Source: an uncultured Gammaproteobacteria bacterium (lineage in GTDB: Bacteria > Patescibacteriota > Patescibacteriia > UBA2591 > UBA6264). From it: DNA of 38,964 bases. The notes beneath the pieces are model-generated. The model was given only the letters and a program-made list of their open reading frames with translations. It made no database searches and was not told where the DNA came from. Location: positions 1-38,964 of the forward strand of contig CAZGUY010000005.1 of the NCBI GenBank assembly GCA_964528795.1, given 5' to 3'. Positions 17,481 through 25,338 of this stretch are shown here, one piece after another (positions within the stretch are counted from its first letter, which is position 1; each line of letters starts with the position of its first letter). Both the position numbers and the translations under genes were made by a program.

Positions 17481-18563
17481 ATGTATTTTTATTTTTTCGG
17501 AGCAACTTTTGTTTTAACTTTAATTTTAACCCCTTTGATAAAAAGGCTTGCTTTGAAATTAAATGTGGTAGATTTACTAAAGTTAAAAAGAAAAATTCAT
17601 AAAAAACCAACTCCTTTACTTGGGGGGTTGGCTATTTTTATTACTATATTTTTAATAGTATTTTTATTTTTTAAAACCGATATTTGGCCTCAAGGCGATA
17701 TTAGCTTAAAAAATATTATTGGTCTTTTTATGGGGGGATTAATTTTAATGATCGGGGGCTTTCTTGATGATAAATATAATTTAAAACCTGGTCAGCAGAT
17801 TATCTGCCCTATTTTAGCTGCAATTTTTGTTATAATTAGCGGGGTAGGGATTGAGTTTATAAATAACCCTTTTGGAGAAGGTTATATTTATTTTAATAAT
17901 ACTAAAATAGAACTTTTAAGAATTAAAGGTATACCATATTATTTTACCCCTTTAGCTGATATAGTGACTTTTGTTTGGCTTATAATCTTAATGTATGCTA
18001 CTAAACTTTTAGATGGTTTAGATGGGTTAGTATCAGGTCTTACTATGATAGGCTCTTTAAGTATTGCTGGTCTTTGCCTTTTAACAAAATTTTTCCAGCC
18101 TGATATGGGTCTTTTAGCTATGATTGTTTCAGGAGCTTTTTTGGGTTTTTTATTTTATAATTTTCACCCAGCCAGTATATTTTTAGGAGAAGGGGGAAGT
18201 CTTTTTGCTGGTTTTATATTAGGAAGTATGGCTATTTTGTCTGGTAGTAAGCTTGCCACTACCTTTTTAATTGCTGGCTTAGCTATTTTTGATATATTTG
18301 GGGTATTTTTTAAAAGGCTTTTAAAAGGCAAATCTCCTTTTAAAGGAGATAAAAGTCATTTGCATTTTAGGCTTTTAAGGTTTGGTATATCTAAAGAAAG
18401 AGCAGTAATAATTTATTGGATAATAGCTTTGATTTTTGGCTTATCAGCCTTATTTTTGCAGACCATTGGTAAAGTAATAGCTATTATAGGTCTTTTAATA
18501 ATTTTTATGCTTTTAGGTATATTTTTGCCTGTTAAAAAAGATGATTTTAAAAGTAATAATTAA
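17481..18563 (+). CDS. glycosyltransferase family 4 polyprenyl-phosphate N-acetylhexosamine-1-phosphate transferase (MraY/WecA family)
   Basis: Polytopic membrane protein with KLLDGLDGLVSG and DKSHLHFRLL motifs. I chose the ATG at 17481 (MYFYFF...) rather than the track start at 17409, which overlaps ruvX by 71 nt. Confidence 0.8.
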   Translation: MYFYFFGATFVLTLILTPLIKRLALKLNVVDLLKLKRKIHKKPTPLLGGLAIFITIFLIVFLFFKTDIWPQGDISLKNIIGLFMGGLILMIGGFLDDKYNLKPGQQIICPILAAIFVIISGVGIEFINNPFGEGYIYFNNTKIELLRIKGIPYYFTPLADIVTFVWLIILMYATKLLDGLDGLVSGLTMIGSLSIAGLCLLTKFFQPDMGLLAMIVSGAFLGFLFYNFHPASIFLGEGGSLFAGFILGSMAILSGSKLATTFLIAGLAIFDIFGVFFKRLLKGKSPFKGDKSHLHFRLLRFGISKERAVIIYWIIALIFGLSALFLQTIGKVIAIIGLLIIFMLLGIFLPVKKDDFKSNN

Positions 18564-18564
18564 A

Positions 18565-18592
18565 TTGACAAAAACCTAGTATTTGATATAAT
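18565..18592 (+). promoter_or_regulatory. sigma70-like promoter (TTGACA-16-TGaTATAAT)
   Basis: Consensus -35 at 18565-18570 and -10 at 18587-18592, upstream of the ATPase gene. Confidence 0.55.
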
Positions 18593-18614
18593 TTTATATA
18601 TAAATTTCCTTTAT

Positions 18615-20267
18615 ATGTCAGAAACAAACAATAACAATTCAAGCGAAAATAAGCAAAACAAAGATCAGGATGAAATGAGTTTAAATCAAAACCAAGATCA
18701 AAAAGATGATGATATTGTTCTTTTTGCTAAGACAAACTTTAGAAATCAGCAAAAAAAATTTGGTATAAAAGAAGACGATAGGCGTCGTCATATGTATATG
18801 ATAGGTAAAACAGGAACTGGTAAAACAACAGCTTTAGAAAATATGATTTATCAAGACATTCATGCTGGACATGGGGTTTGTTGTGTAGATCCTCATGGTG
18901 ATTTAGCAGAAAAGATTATTAATTTTATACCATCCCATAGAATTAATGAAACAGTTTATTTTAATCCAGCGGATACAGAATATCCTATTGCTTTTAATAT
19001 TTTAGAAAAAGTAGATCCTAAAAGGCGCCATTTAGTTGCTTCTGGCTTAGTTGGGGTTTTTAAAAAGATTTGGGCTGATTCATGGGGTCCAAGATTGGAA
19101 TATGTTTTAAGAAATACAATTCTTTCTCTTTTAGAATATCCTGATAGTACCCTTTTAGGTATTATGAGGATGTTAGTTGATCGTAATTTTAGAAGCAAAG
19201 TAGTTAATACTTTAACGGATCCAGTAGTTAGATCTTTTTGGGTTGATGAATATGAAAATTACCATGATAGATTTAGAAGAAAAGCAATTGCCCCGATTCA
19301 AAATAAGGTGGGGCAATTTTTATCTACTTCCCTTATTAGAAATATTGTTGGCCAAGTAAGATCTAAGATTAATATTAGAGACATAATGGATAATAGAAAG
19401 ATATTAGTAATGAATTTATCTAAAGGAAGGATTGGGGAGGATGCTTCATCGCTTTTAGGGGCTATGATGATTACAAAAATTCAAATGGCTGCTATGTCAA
19501 GAATTGATATGCCCGAAGAAGAGCGTCAAGATTTTTATCTTTACGTAGACGAGTTTCAAAACTTTGCTACTGAATCTTTTGCTAGTATTTTATCTGAGGC
19601 AAGAAAATATAGATTAAATTTAATATTAGCCCATCAATACATAGGCCAATTAATTACTGATCAAAGTGATAGGGTGAGAAATGCTGTTTTTGGCAATGTC
19701 GGAACTATGGTTGTTTTTCGGGTTGGGGCTGAAGATGCTGAATTTTTATCAAGAGAATTCAGACCTCGCTTTGACGAGGATGACTTAGTGGATCTTGATA
19801 AATATAATGTTTATGTAAAACTTATGATAGACGGGGTTACTTCCGAACCCTTTTCAGCTACTACTTTGCCTCCGATTTCAGAACCAGAGAACAATGAAGA
19901 TAAAATTATTAGAGTATCACGTGAGCGTTATGCTGAACCTAAAAAAATAGTTGAAGATAAAATTGCTCGTTGGAGTGGTATGATAGAAGAAGGGGAGAAT
20001 TTGGAAGACTTAAAAAAGAAGCAAGAAAAACATAAGGCAGTTTGTAGTGAATGTGGCAAGGTAACTTATGTTCCTTTTGAGCCCGATGGTGTAAGGCCGG
20101 TTTATTGTAAAGATTGTTTAAAAAAGAAAAGAAAGGAGCAGAGCAAAGAAGACAAAAAGAAAAATAAAAACAATAACAATTCTAATAATCAGAATTCAGG
20201 CAGTAAGGATTCTGAGGATAAAAAATCAAGTAAAGATTCTAATAAGGAATCAGGAGGAAATTCTTAA
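18615..20267 (+). CDS. VirD4/TraD/TraG-like (type IV coupling protein-like) P-loop ATPase, soluble, with a C-terminal CxxC-x17-CxxC zinc ribbon
   Basis: Walker A GKTGTGKT, Walker B FYLYVDEFQNF, LILAHQY. No N-terminal TM. C-terminal CSECGKVTYVPFEPDGVRPVYCKDC followed by a K/N/S-rich tail. Confidence 0.65.
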   Translation: MSETNNNNSSENKQNKDQDEMSLNQNQDQKDDDIVLFAKTNFRNQQKKFGIKEDDRRRHMYMIGKTGTGKTTALENMIYQDIHAGHGVCCVDPHGDLAEKIINFIPSHRINETVYFNPADTEYPIAFNILEKVDPKRRHLVASGLVGVFKKIWADSWGPRLEYVLRNTILSLLEYPDSTLLGIMRMLVDRNFRSKVVNTLTDPVVRSFWVDEYENYHDRFRRKAIAPIQNKVGQFLSTSLIRNIVGQVRSKINIRDIMDNRKILVMNLSKGRIGEDASSLLGAMMITKIQMAAMSRIDMPEEERQDFYLYVDEFQNFATESFASILSEARKYRLNLILAHQYIGQLITDQSDRVRNAVFGNVGTMVVFRVGAEDAEFLSREFRPRFDEDDLVDLDKYNVYVKLMIDGVTSEPFSATTLPPISEPENNEDKIIRVSRERYAEPKKIVEDKIARWSGMIEEGENLEDLKKKQEKHKAVCSECGKVTYVPFEPDGVRPVYCKDCLKKKRKEQSKEDKKKNKNNNNSNNQNSGSKDSEDKKSSKDSNKESGGNS

Positions 20268-20287
20268 TTAGATAAGTTTAGTTTGAT

Positions 20288-21394
20288 ATGAAAAAGCATA
20301 CTATTTTTGTCGTTTCGCTATTATTAGGACTTTTAGGAGCATTTGCTATTTACCAGCATGTAGGATTTGAAAATGTTTTTGATAAATTAAAATTTTTTAA
20401 TGGGTGGCAATTAATTGCCCTTTTTTCATTTACAATCGCTCGGGTTTTTGTTTGGATATTAAGGTGGAAATTGATTTTAAATAAATTGGGCCATAAGGAT
20501 TTAAAGTTTTTAAGTCTTTCCGCTTCAAGAATAGCAGAAATCTCAGTAAGCTATGCTACTCCGGGTATTTATTGGGGAGGAGAAGGAATTAGAATTTATT
20601 CTTTAAAAAAGCATCATGATATGCCTATTGCCAAGGCAACAACCTCAGTTTTATTAGATCGCTTGTTTGATATTTTTGGTTTTTATATATTTTTATTTAT
20701 TGGTTTAATTTTAGCGATTTTTAGATCTAAGTTTTATTTAGCTGTCTTGCTTTTTATAGGCACTTTAATAGTTTTAACAGCCATATTTTTCATATTAAAA
20801 GGTTTTGGTTTAAAAAAGATATTAGGTTGGGGGGTGAAATTTTTACACATTGATCAAATTAAGTCCCTGTCTAATGGAAAAAGTGTTTTAATTGCTAAAA
20901 AATTAAAAATTGTAGGTCGCCAAATGGTGGCTTTTTTAAGGAAAGGACCAAAATACTGGCTTTCAATTATGATTGTATCTTGCCTTAGTTTCTTTTTAAA
21001 TGTTTGTCAATTATTTGTATTTTTTATATTTTTAAAAGAAACAATGCCTTCTTTTATAGATTTATTTTTAGCAAGAGCCTTAATGATTTTTTCAGGCCTG
21101 AGCCCAATTCCTGGTAATTTGGGAGTTTATGAGGGAGCAAGTGTATTAGGTTTTCAAATGGTAGGGCTTTCAGCTAATTTAGGCCTTACCTTTAGTTTAT
21201 TAGCCCGCTTTTTTGATGTTTTGTTTGTTGGTTTAGGAGTAGTAATTTTAGTTTCGTATAGTGGTGTCTTTTTAGCTAAAGCTATTGGTGGTAGTATAAG
21301 TAATGGTTCTTCTGATGATAAAGATAGTGGTTCTAAAAAAGATTTTATTAGTGGTATGAAAAAGGGATTTAAAAAAACAGATAAAAAGGATTAA
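20288..21394 (+). CDS. polytopic membrane protein, flippase-like (UPF0104 / LPG-synthase-TM, MprF N-domain-like) family
   Basis: 368 aa, about 8 TM. The N-terminal pattern and GxxG-rich helices resemble the family. Assignment is from recollection, not a search. Confidence 0.45.
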   Translation: MKKHTIFVVSLLLGLLGAFAIYQHVGFENVFDKLKFFNGWQLIALFSFTIARVFVWILRWKLILNKLGHKDLKFLSLSASRIAEISVSYATPGIYWGGEGIRIYSLKKHHDMPIAKATTSVLLDRLFDIFGFYIFLFIGLILAIFRSKFYLAVLLFIGTLIVLTAIFFILKGFGLKKILGWGVKFLHIDQIKSLSNGKSVLIAKKLKIVGRQMVAFLRKGPKYWLSIMIVSCLSFFLNVCQLFVFFIFLKETMPSFIDLFLARALMIFSGLSPIPGNLGVYEGASVLGFQMVGLSANLGLTFSLLARFFDVLFVGLGVVILVSYSGVFLAKAIGGSISNGSSDDKDSGSKKDFISGMKKGFKKTDKKD

Positions 21395-21405
21395 AATAAT
21401 TTTAG

Positions 21406-21494
21406 CTAACCTTAAGGGTTCACCACAGGGCGGTCGAACCGTCACCCGGGAATGGAGGTCTTTCCTCCTTCGGAGGTGAGTCCTCCAGGGCCAT
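21406..21494 (+). repeat. GC-rich palindromic element, copy B (head + GGCGGT-cga-ACCGTC + GGAGG/CCTCC double hairpin)
   Basis: GCTAACCTTAAGGGTTCACCACAGGGCGGTCGAACCGTCACCCGGGAATGGAGGTCTTTCCTCCTTCGGAGGTGAGTCCTCCAGGGCCAT. Confidence 0.85.
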
Positions 21495-21512
21495 AAAAAT
21501 AATAATTTTAAT

Positions 21513-22082
21513 ATGAATAAACCAAACTTTGAAAAACCAAAAAAAGAAGCCAAAAAGCACAAAAAAGAGAGCATTTCTTTGGTTAATGAATTAAAGATTA
21601 ATAAAGAAGAGGAAAAGCAGGATTTTTTAGAAGAAGAATTAGAAGCCAAATTTTGGGAAGATTTATATAAAGAGAAGTTGGACGAGATTAAAAATAATGA
21701 GGATTTTAAAAAAGCAGCTATCAAAGAATTAGAAGATAATATTAAGTTAGGCAAAAATGATGATAAATTGAATACTATTTGGGCTCTTTATACCATTTCA
21801 TCAATGAAAGATTTAGAAGTTTATAAAAAAGAAGTAGAAAAAAAATTAAATGAGATTAAAAAAAGTGAAGATTTTAAAAAAGCAGCTATTAAAGACTTAA
21901 AAGATGGTATCAAGTCAGGTAAAAATGGTGATGGTCGGGATGCTAGTTGGGCTCTTTTTACTATTTCATCAATAAAAAATATATCAGAGCTTTGGCAAGA
22001 ATTAGCAGATAAAAAAAGAGCTAATATGGCAAGAAGCAAGTGTCAAGACAAAGACATCCCCAAAAGACCCGAGATAAAATAG
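21513..22082 (+). CDS. hypothetical charged protein with two ~56-aa tandem repeats
   Basis: EDFKKAAIK[ED]L.D.IK.GKN.D....WAL[YF]TISS occurs twice. The DNA repeats sit 168 nt apart (21699-21810 and 21867-21978). Confidence 0.7.
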   Translation: MNKPNFEKPKKEAKKHKKESISLVNELKINKEEEKQDFLEEELEAKFWEDLYKEKLDEIKNNEDFKKAAIKELEDNIKLGKNDDKLNTIWALYTISSMKDLEVYKKEVEKKLNEIKKSEDFKKAAIKDLKDGIKSGKNGDGRDASWALFTISSIKNISELWQELADKKRANMARSKCQDKDIPKRPEIK

Positions 22083-22085
22083 AAG

Positions 22086-22140
22086 AGGGCGGTCAGACCG
22101 CCTTACGGCGGTTTGACCGCCACCAGGAGGTGAGTTCTCT
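22086..22140 (+). repeat. GC-rich palindromic element, copy F (two GGCGGT-N3-ACCGCC units + GGAGGTGAG)
   Basis: GGCGGTCAGACCGCC-ttac-GGCGGTTTGACCGCC-ACCA-GGAGGTGAGTTCTC. Folds as two triloop hairpins or as one 15-bp hairpin. Confidence 0.85.
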
Positions 22141-22178
22141 AAATAACGTTTATTAATAAGTTTATTAATTTCTAATGT

Positions 22179-23966
22179 ATGAAAGCTTCTAAAATACGTA
22201 AAAAATTTATTGAATTTTTCAAAGATAAGGATCACAAAAGGATAGAATCTTCTTCTTTAATACCAGATGATTCTAGTGTTTTGTTTACTTCAGCTGGAAT
22301 GCAACAATTTATTCCTTATTTTAATGGTCAAAAAAAGCCAGAGAAAAAACGAGCTGTTAGTGTTCAAAAGTGTTTTAGAACTTCTGATATAGAAGAAGTA
22401 GGGGACAAGGTTCATCATACCTTTTTTGAAATGCTTGGTAACTGGTCTTTTGGAGACTATTTTAAAGAAAAGGCAATTGATTTAGCATATGAGTTTTTAA
22501 CTAAAGAATTAAATATTAATAAGGAGAAAATCTGGGTGACTGTATTTCAAGGCAACAAAAATGCTCCTAAGGATAAAGAATCTGTTAAAATATGGAAAAA
22601 ATATGTTCCCGAAAAACGAATTAAAGAATTTGGTGAAAAGGATAATTTTTGGGGGCCAGTAGCTAAAACAGGTCCTTGCGGTCCTTGTTCAGAAATTCAT
22701 CTTGATATGGGAGAAGATTTTAAATCTGGTAATTGTAGCTTAAAAAACTGTGGCCCTAATTGTGAATGTGGTAGATTTGTTGAAATTTGGAATCTTGTTT
22801 TTATGGAGTATGAGAAAACAAAATCTGGTAAATTGAAAAAATTACCCCAAAAAAATATTGATACTGGAGCAGGTTTAGAGAGGTTAGCAGCTGTTATGCA
22901 AAAAACTCCTTCTGATTATGAAACAGATCTTTTTAAATCGATTATGGAAAAAGTAAAAGAATTAGTTGAAGTAGGGGGGGGTCAAAATAAAAAAGCTCAA
23001 AGAATTATAGTTGACCATGTGCGAGGAATATGTTTTTTAATTTCAGATGGTGTAACTCCTTCTAATAAAGGTAGAGGTTATATTTTGCGTCGCCTTATAA
23101 GAAGAGCAATTCGTTATGGTCGCTTAATAGGAGCTAAAGATAACTTTTTGTCAAAATTAGCAAGACACGTAATAGATCAATATAAATCTGTTTATCCTAA
23201 GTTAGAAAGGAAGAATAATAAAATTATAACCATTATTCAAAAAGAAGGAGAAAAATTTGAAAAAACTTTAAACCAAGGTTTAAAAGAATTTAGAAAGTTA
23301 GTAAAAAAAGCTAAAAAGCAAGGTAAAGATGAATTAAACCCTAAAAAAGTATTTCATCTTTATGACACTTATGGCTTTCCTTATGAACTTTCAAATGAAA
23401 TGGCTAAGGAGAGTGGTTTAAAAATTAATAAAAAAGGTTTTGATAAAGCTTTTGAAGAACATAAAAAGGTTTCTAGGGCTGGAGCAAAGAAAAAATTTGG
23501 AGGAGCAGGAGATTTAGGGGAAAAGGTAGCCCCTCATCACAGCGCTACCCATCTTTTGCAACAAGCCCTGCGGGATGTTTTAGGTGACCACGTTAAACAA
23601 GCTGGTTCTGATTTAAAGCCAGAAAGACTTCGTTTTGATTTTACTCATGATAAATCTTTAACTGATAAAGAATTAGAAAAAGTTGAAAAAATTGTTAATG
23701 AAAAGATTGATAAAGATTTGCCTGTTAGTTTTGAAGAAATGCCATTAGAAAAGGTTGATGAAACCAAAGCTTTAGCATTTTTTAAGGATAAGTACCCTGA
23801 TGTAGTAAAGGTTTATTCAATTGGTGATTATTCAAAAGAGGTATGTGCTGGCCCCCATGTTGATCATACAGGAGAGATTGGTGGTTTTAAAATTATAAAA
23901 GAAAAATCTTCTGGAGCAGGAGTAAGAAGAATAAAAGCAAAAGTAGGGAAAAATGTACAAAGTTGA
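22179..23966 (+). CDS. alaS: alanine--tRNA ligase, compact form ending after the editing domain (no C-Ala domain)
   Basis: N-terminal SSSLIPDDSSVLFTSAGMQQF, WNLVFMEY. Editing motifs HHSATHLL (HxxxH) and CAGPHV (CxxxH). Only 595 aa. Confidence 0.93.
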   Translation: MKASKIRKKFIEFFKDKDHKRIESSSLIPDDSSVLFTSAGMQQFIPYFNGQKKPEKKRAVSVQKCFRTSDIEEVGDKVHHTFFEMLGNWSFGDYFKEKAIDLAYEFLTKELNINKEKIWVTVFQGNKNAPKDKESVKIWKKYVPEKRIKEFGEKDNFWGPVAKTGPCGPCSEIHLDMGEDFKSGNCSLKNCGPNCECGRFVEIWNLVFMEYEKTKSGKLKKLPQKNIDTGAGLERLAAVMQKTPSDYETDLFKSIMEKVKELVEVGGGQNKKAQRIIVDHVRGICFLISDGVTPSNKGRGYILRRLIRRAIRYGRLIGAKDNFLSKLARHVIDQYKSVYPKLERKNNKIITIIQKEGEKFEKTLNQGLKEFRKLVKKAKKQGKDELNPKKVFHLYDTYGFPYELSNEMAKESGLKINKKGFDKAFEEHKKVSRAGAKKKFGGAGDLGEKVAPHHSATHLLQQALRDVLGDHVKQAGSDLKPERLRFDFTHDKSLTDKELEKVEKIVNEKIDKDLPVSFEEMPLEKVDETKALAFFKDKYPDVVKVYSIGDYSKEVCAGPHVDHTGEIGGFKIIKEKSSGAGVRRIKAKVGKNVQS

Positions 23967-24648
23967 TATCCAACAATTTAGTGGTCCTTTTAATCTCTTG
24001 TTAAAACTTATAAGAAAACAAGAGTTGGATATTTGTAATATTTCTTTGGCTGAGGTTGCTAATTCGTTTTTAAGAGAAGTTGAAAACTTAGATGATCGAG
24101 AACCTGAAGAATTGGCAAGTTTTTTGGAAATAGCAGCTCAGTTGCTTTTAATTAAGTCTCGTGTCTTAGCTTCACAACAAGAAGAGGAAGATGAAGAAGA
24201 ATCCAACTTAGCTTACCGACTTCAGATTTATAAAGCTTATGTTCGAGCTACTAATACTATTGAAAAGTTGGATAAAAGTGAAAAAACTAGTTTTTTTAAT
24301 GAAAAAATCCCTGAAAAAGCCAAGGCCTTGGCTGATGATAGTGAAATTTCTGCTTCTTCTTTAAGCCATTATTATAAAAAGGTTGTCAAAACTATAAAAA
24401 AGCAATTAAAAACTGCTAAAGAGGTTAAAAAGATTAAAATTGTTTCCTTAAAAAAGAAAATATCTGAGTTAAGACAAAGTTTAAATAAGGCCAAAAGTTT
24501 GGTTTTAAATAAAATAATTAGAAAGCAATCAAAAGCCCAAAAAGCAACCATGTTTGTAGCAGCCTTAGAGCTATTAAAGCAAAACAAAATTAGTATTGAA
24601 CAAAAAGAACTTTTTGGCGATATTGTAATTAAAAAACTTTATGAGTAA
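23953..24648 (+). CDS. scpA: segregation and condensation protein A
   Basis: FSGPFNLLLKLIRKQELDICNISLAEV N-terminal kleisin motif. Confidence 0.85.
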   Translation: MYKVDIQQFSGPFNLLLKLIRKQELDICNISLAEVANSFLREVENLDDREPEELASFLEIAAQLLLIKSRVLASQQEEEDEEESNLAYRLQIYKAYVRATNTIEKLDKSEKTSFFNEKIPEKAKALADDSEISASSLSHYYKKVVKTIKKQLKTAKEVKKIKIVSLKKKISELRQSLNKAKSLVLNKIIRKQSKAQKATMFVAALELLKQNKISIEQKELFGDIVIKKLYE

Positions 24649-25183
24649 TACAAATTTAAAATCTATAATTGAAAGTGTTTTATTTATATCTCACAAAGCT
24701 CTTAGTTTAAATGAGATTAAAAGAGCTACTGGGGGAGAAAAGCAAGAGATTAAAGAAATTTTAAATAAATTGACCAAAGAATATAGACAAGAAAACAAGG
24801 GAATGATTATTATTGAAAATGATAATAAATATCAAATGGCTACTAATCCTAAAAACGCTAAAGTAGTTAAAGGATTTTTAAAAAAACAAGTTAGTGATGA
24901 TATGACCCCTGCTTCTTTAGAAACTTTATCAATTGTTGCTTATAGGGGCCCAATTAAAAAGCAGGAGTTAGAAAAAATTAGAGGAGTAAATTGCTCTATT
25001 ATTCTTAGAAATCTTTTAATAAAAGGTTTGATAGAAGAAAAAGATGAAGATGAGGAAATTTATGATATTAGTTTGGAATTTATGAGAAGAGTAGGGCTTT
25101 CTAAAAGAAGTGAATTACCCGAATTTAAAAAATTAAATAAAGATACCCCTTTAGAGGAATTTGTTGATGAAGATGATCTTTAA
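24641..25183 (+). CDS. scpB: segregation and condensation protein B
   Basis: IIESVLFISHKALSLNEI, SLETLSIVAYRGPIKKQELEKIRGV winged-helix motifs. Overlaps scpA. Confidence 0.85.
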   Translation: MSNTNLKSIIESVLFISHKALSLNEIKRATGGEKQEIKEILNKLTKEYRQENKGMIIIENDNKYQMATNPKNAKVVKGFLKKQVSDDMTPASLETLSIVAYRGPIKKQELEKIRGVNCSIILRNLLIKGLIEEKDEDEEIYDISLEFMRRVGLSKRSELPEFKKLNKDTPLEEFVDEDDL

Positions 25184-25210
25184 AGTTTTAAAAATAGATA
25201 TTTTGAAGAG

Positions 25211-25232
25211 AGGCTAAGTTTTAGCCTTTTTG
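25211..25232 (+). terminator. weak intrinsic terminator after scpB
   Basis: AGGCTAA-gtt-TTAGCCT followed by TTTT. Confidence 0.5.
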
Positions 25233-25249
25233 TGTAGAAAATTTGAATG

Positions 25250-25258
25250 TGATATAAT
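25250..25258 (+). promoter_or_regulatory. extended -10 promoter (TGaTATAAT) for the tRNA-like RNA
   Basis: TATAAT at 25253-25258, TG at 25250-25251, TTGtgt -35-like sequence 17 nt upstream. The predicted start is about 5 nt before G25271. Confidence 0.45.
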
Positions 25259-25270
25259 ATAAAATACTAT

Positions 25271-25338
25271 GGGCGGTACGTAGTGTTGTCTCTGGATTAT
25301 CACCCAGGAGACAAAGGGTGCAAATCCCTTACCGTCCA
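25271..25338 (+). ncRNA. tRNA-like RNA: acceptor stem with G3:U70 + A73, T-arm with GUGC loop start, single long hairpin replacing the D and anticodon arms
   Basis: GGGCGGT pairs with ACCGTCC (G25273-T25335 wobble). T-arm AAGGG-TGCAAAT-CCCTT abuts the acceptor 3' strand. 10-bp bulged hairpin at 25286-25314. Confidence 0.45.

Noticed and set aside
21272-21754. 160-aa minus-strand ORF crossing element B and parts of two plus-strand genes. Also the 77-aa minus ORF 22002-22235 crossing element F.
   Set aside because: Both are antisense to two supported genes and span an intergenic palindrome. They have no SD or promoter, and their length is explained by the stop-poor complement of Lys-rich coding sequence.
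21472-22133. GGAGGTGA blocks in elements B and F acting as ribosome-binding sites for the downstream genes (21513 and alaS 22179).
   Set aside because: The distances to the start codons are about 33 and about 45 nt, too far for SD function. The blocks are also base-paired within the palindromes.
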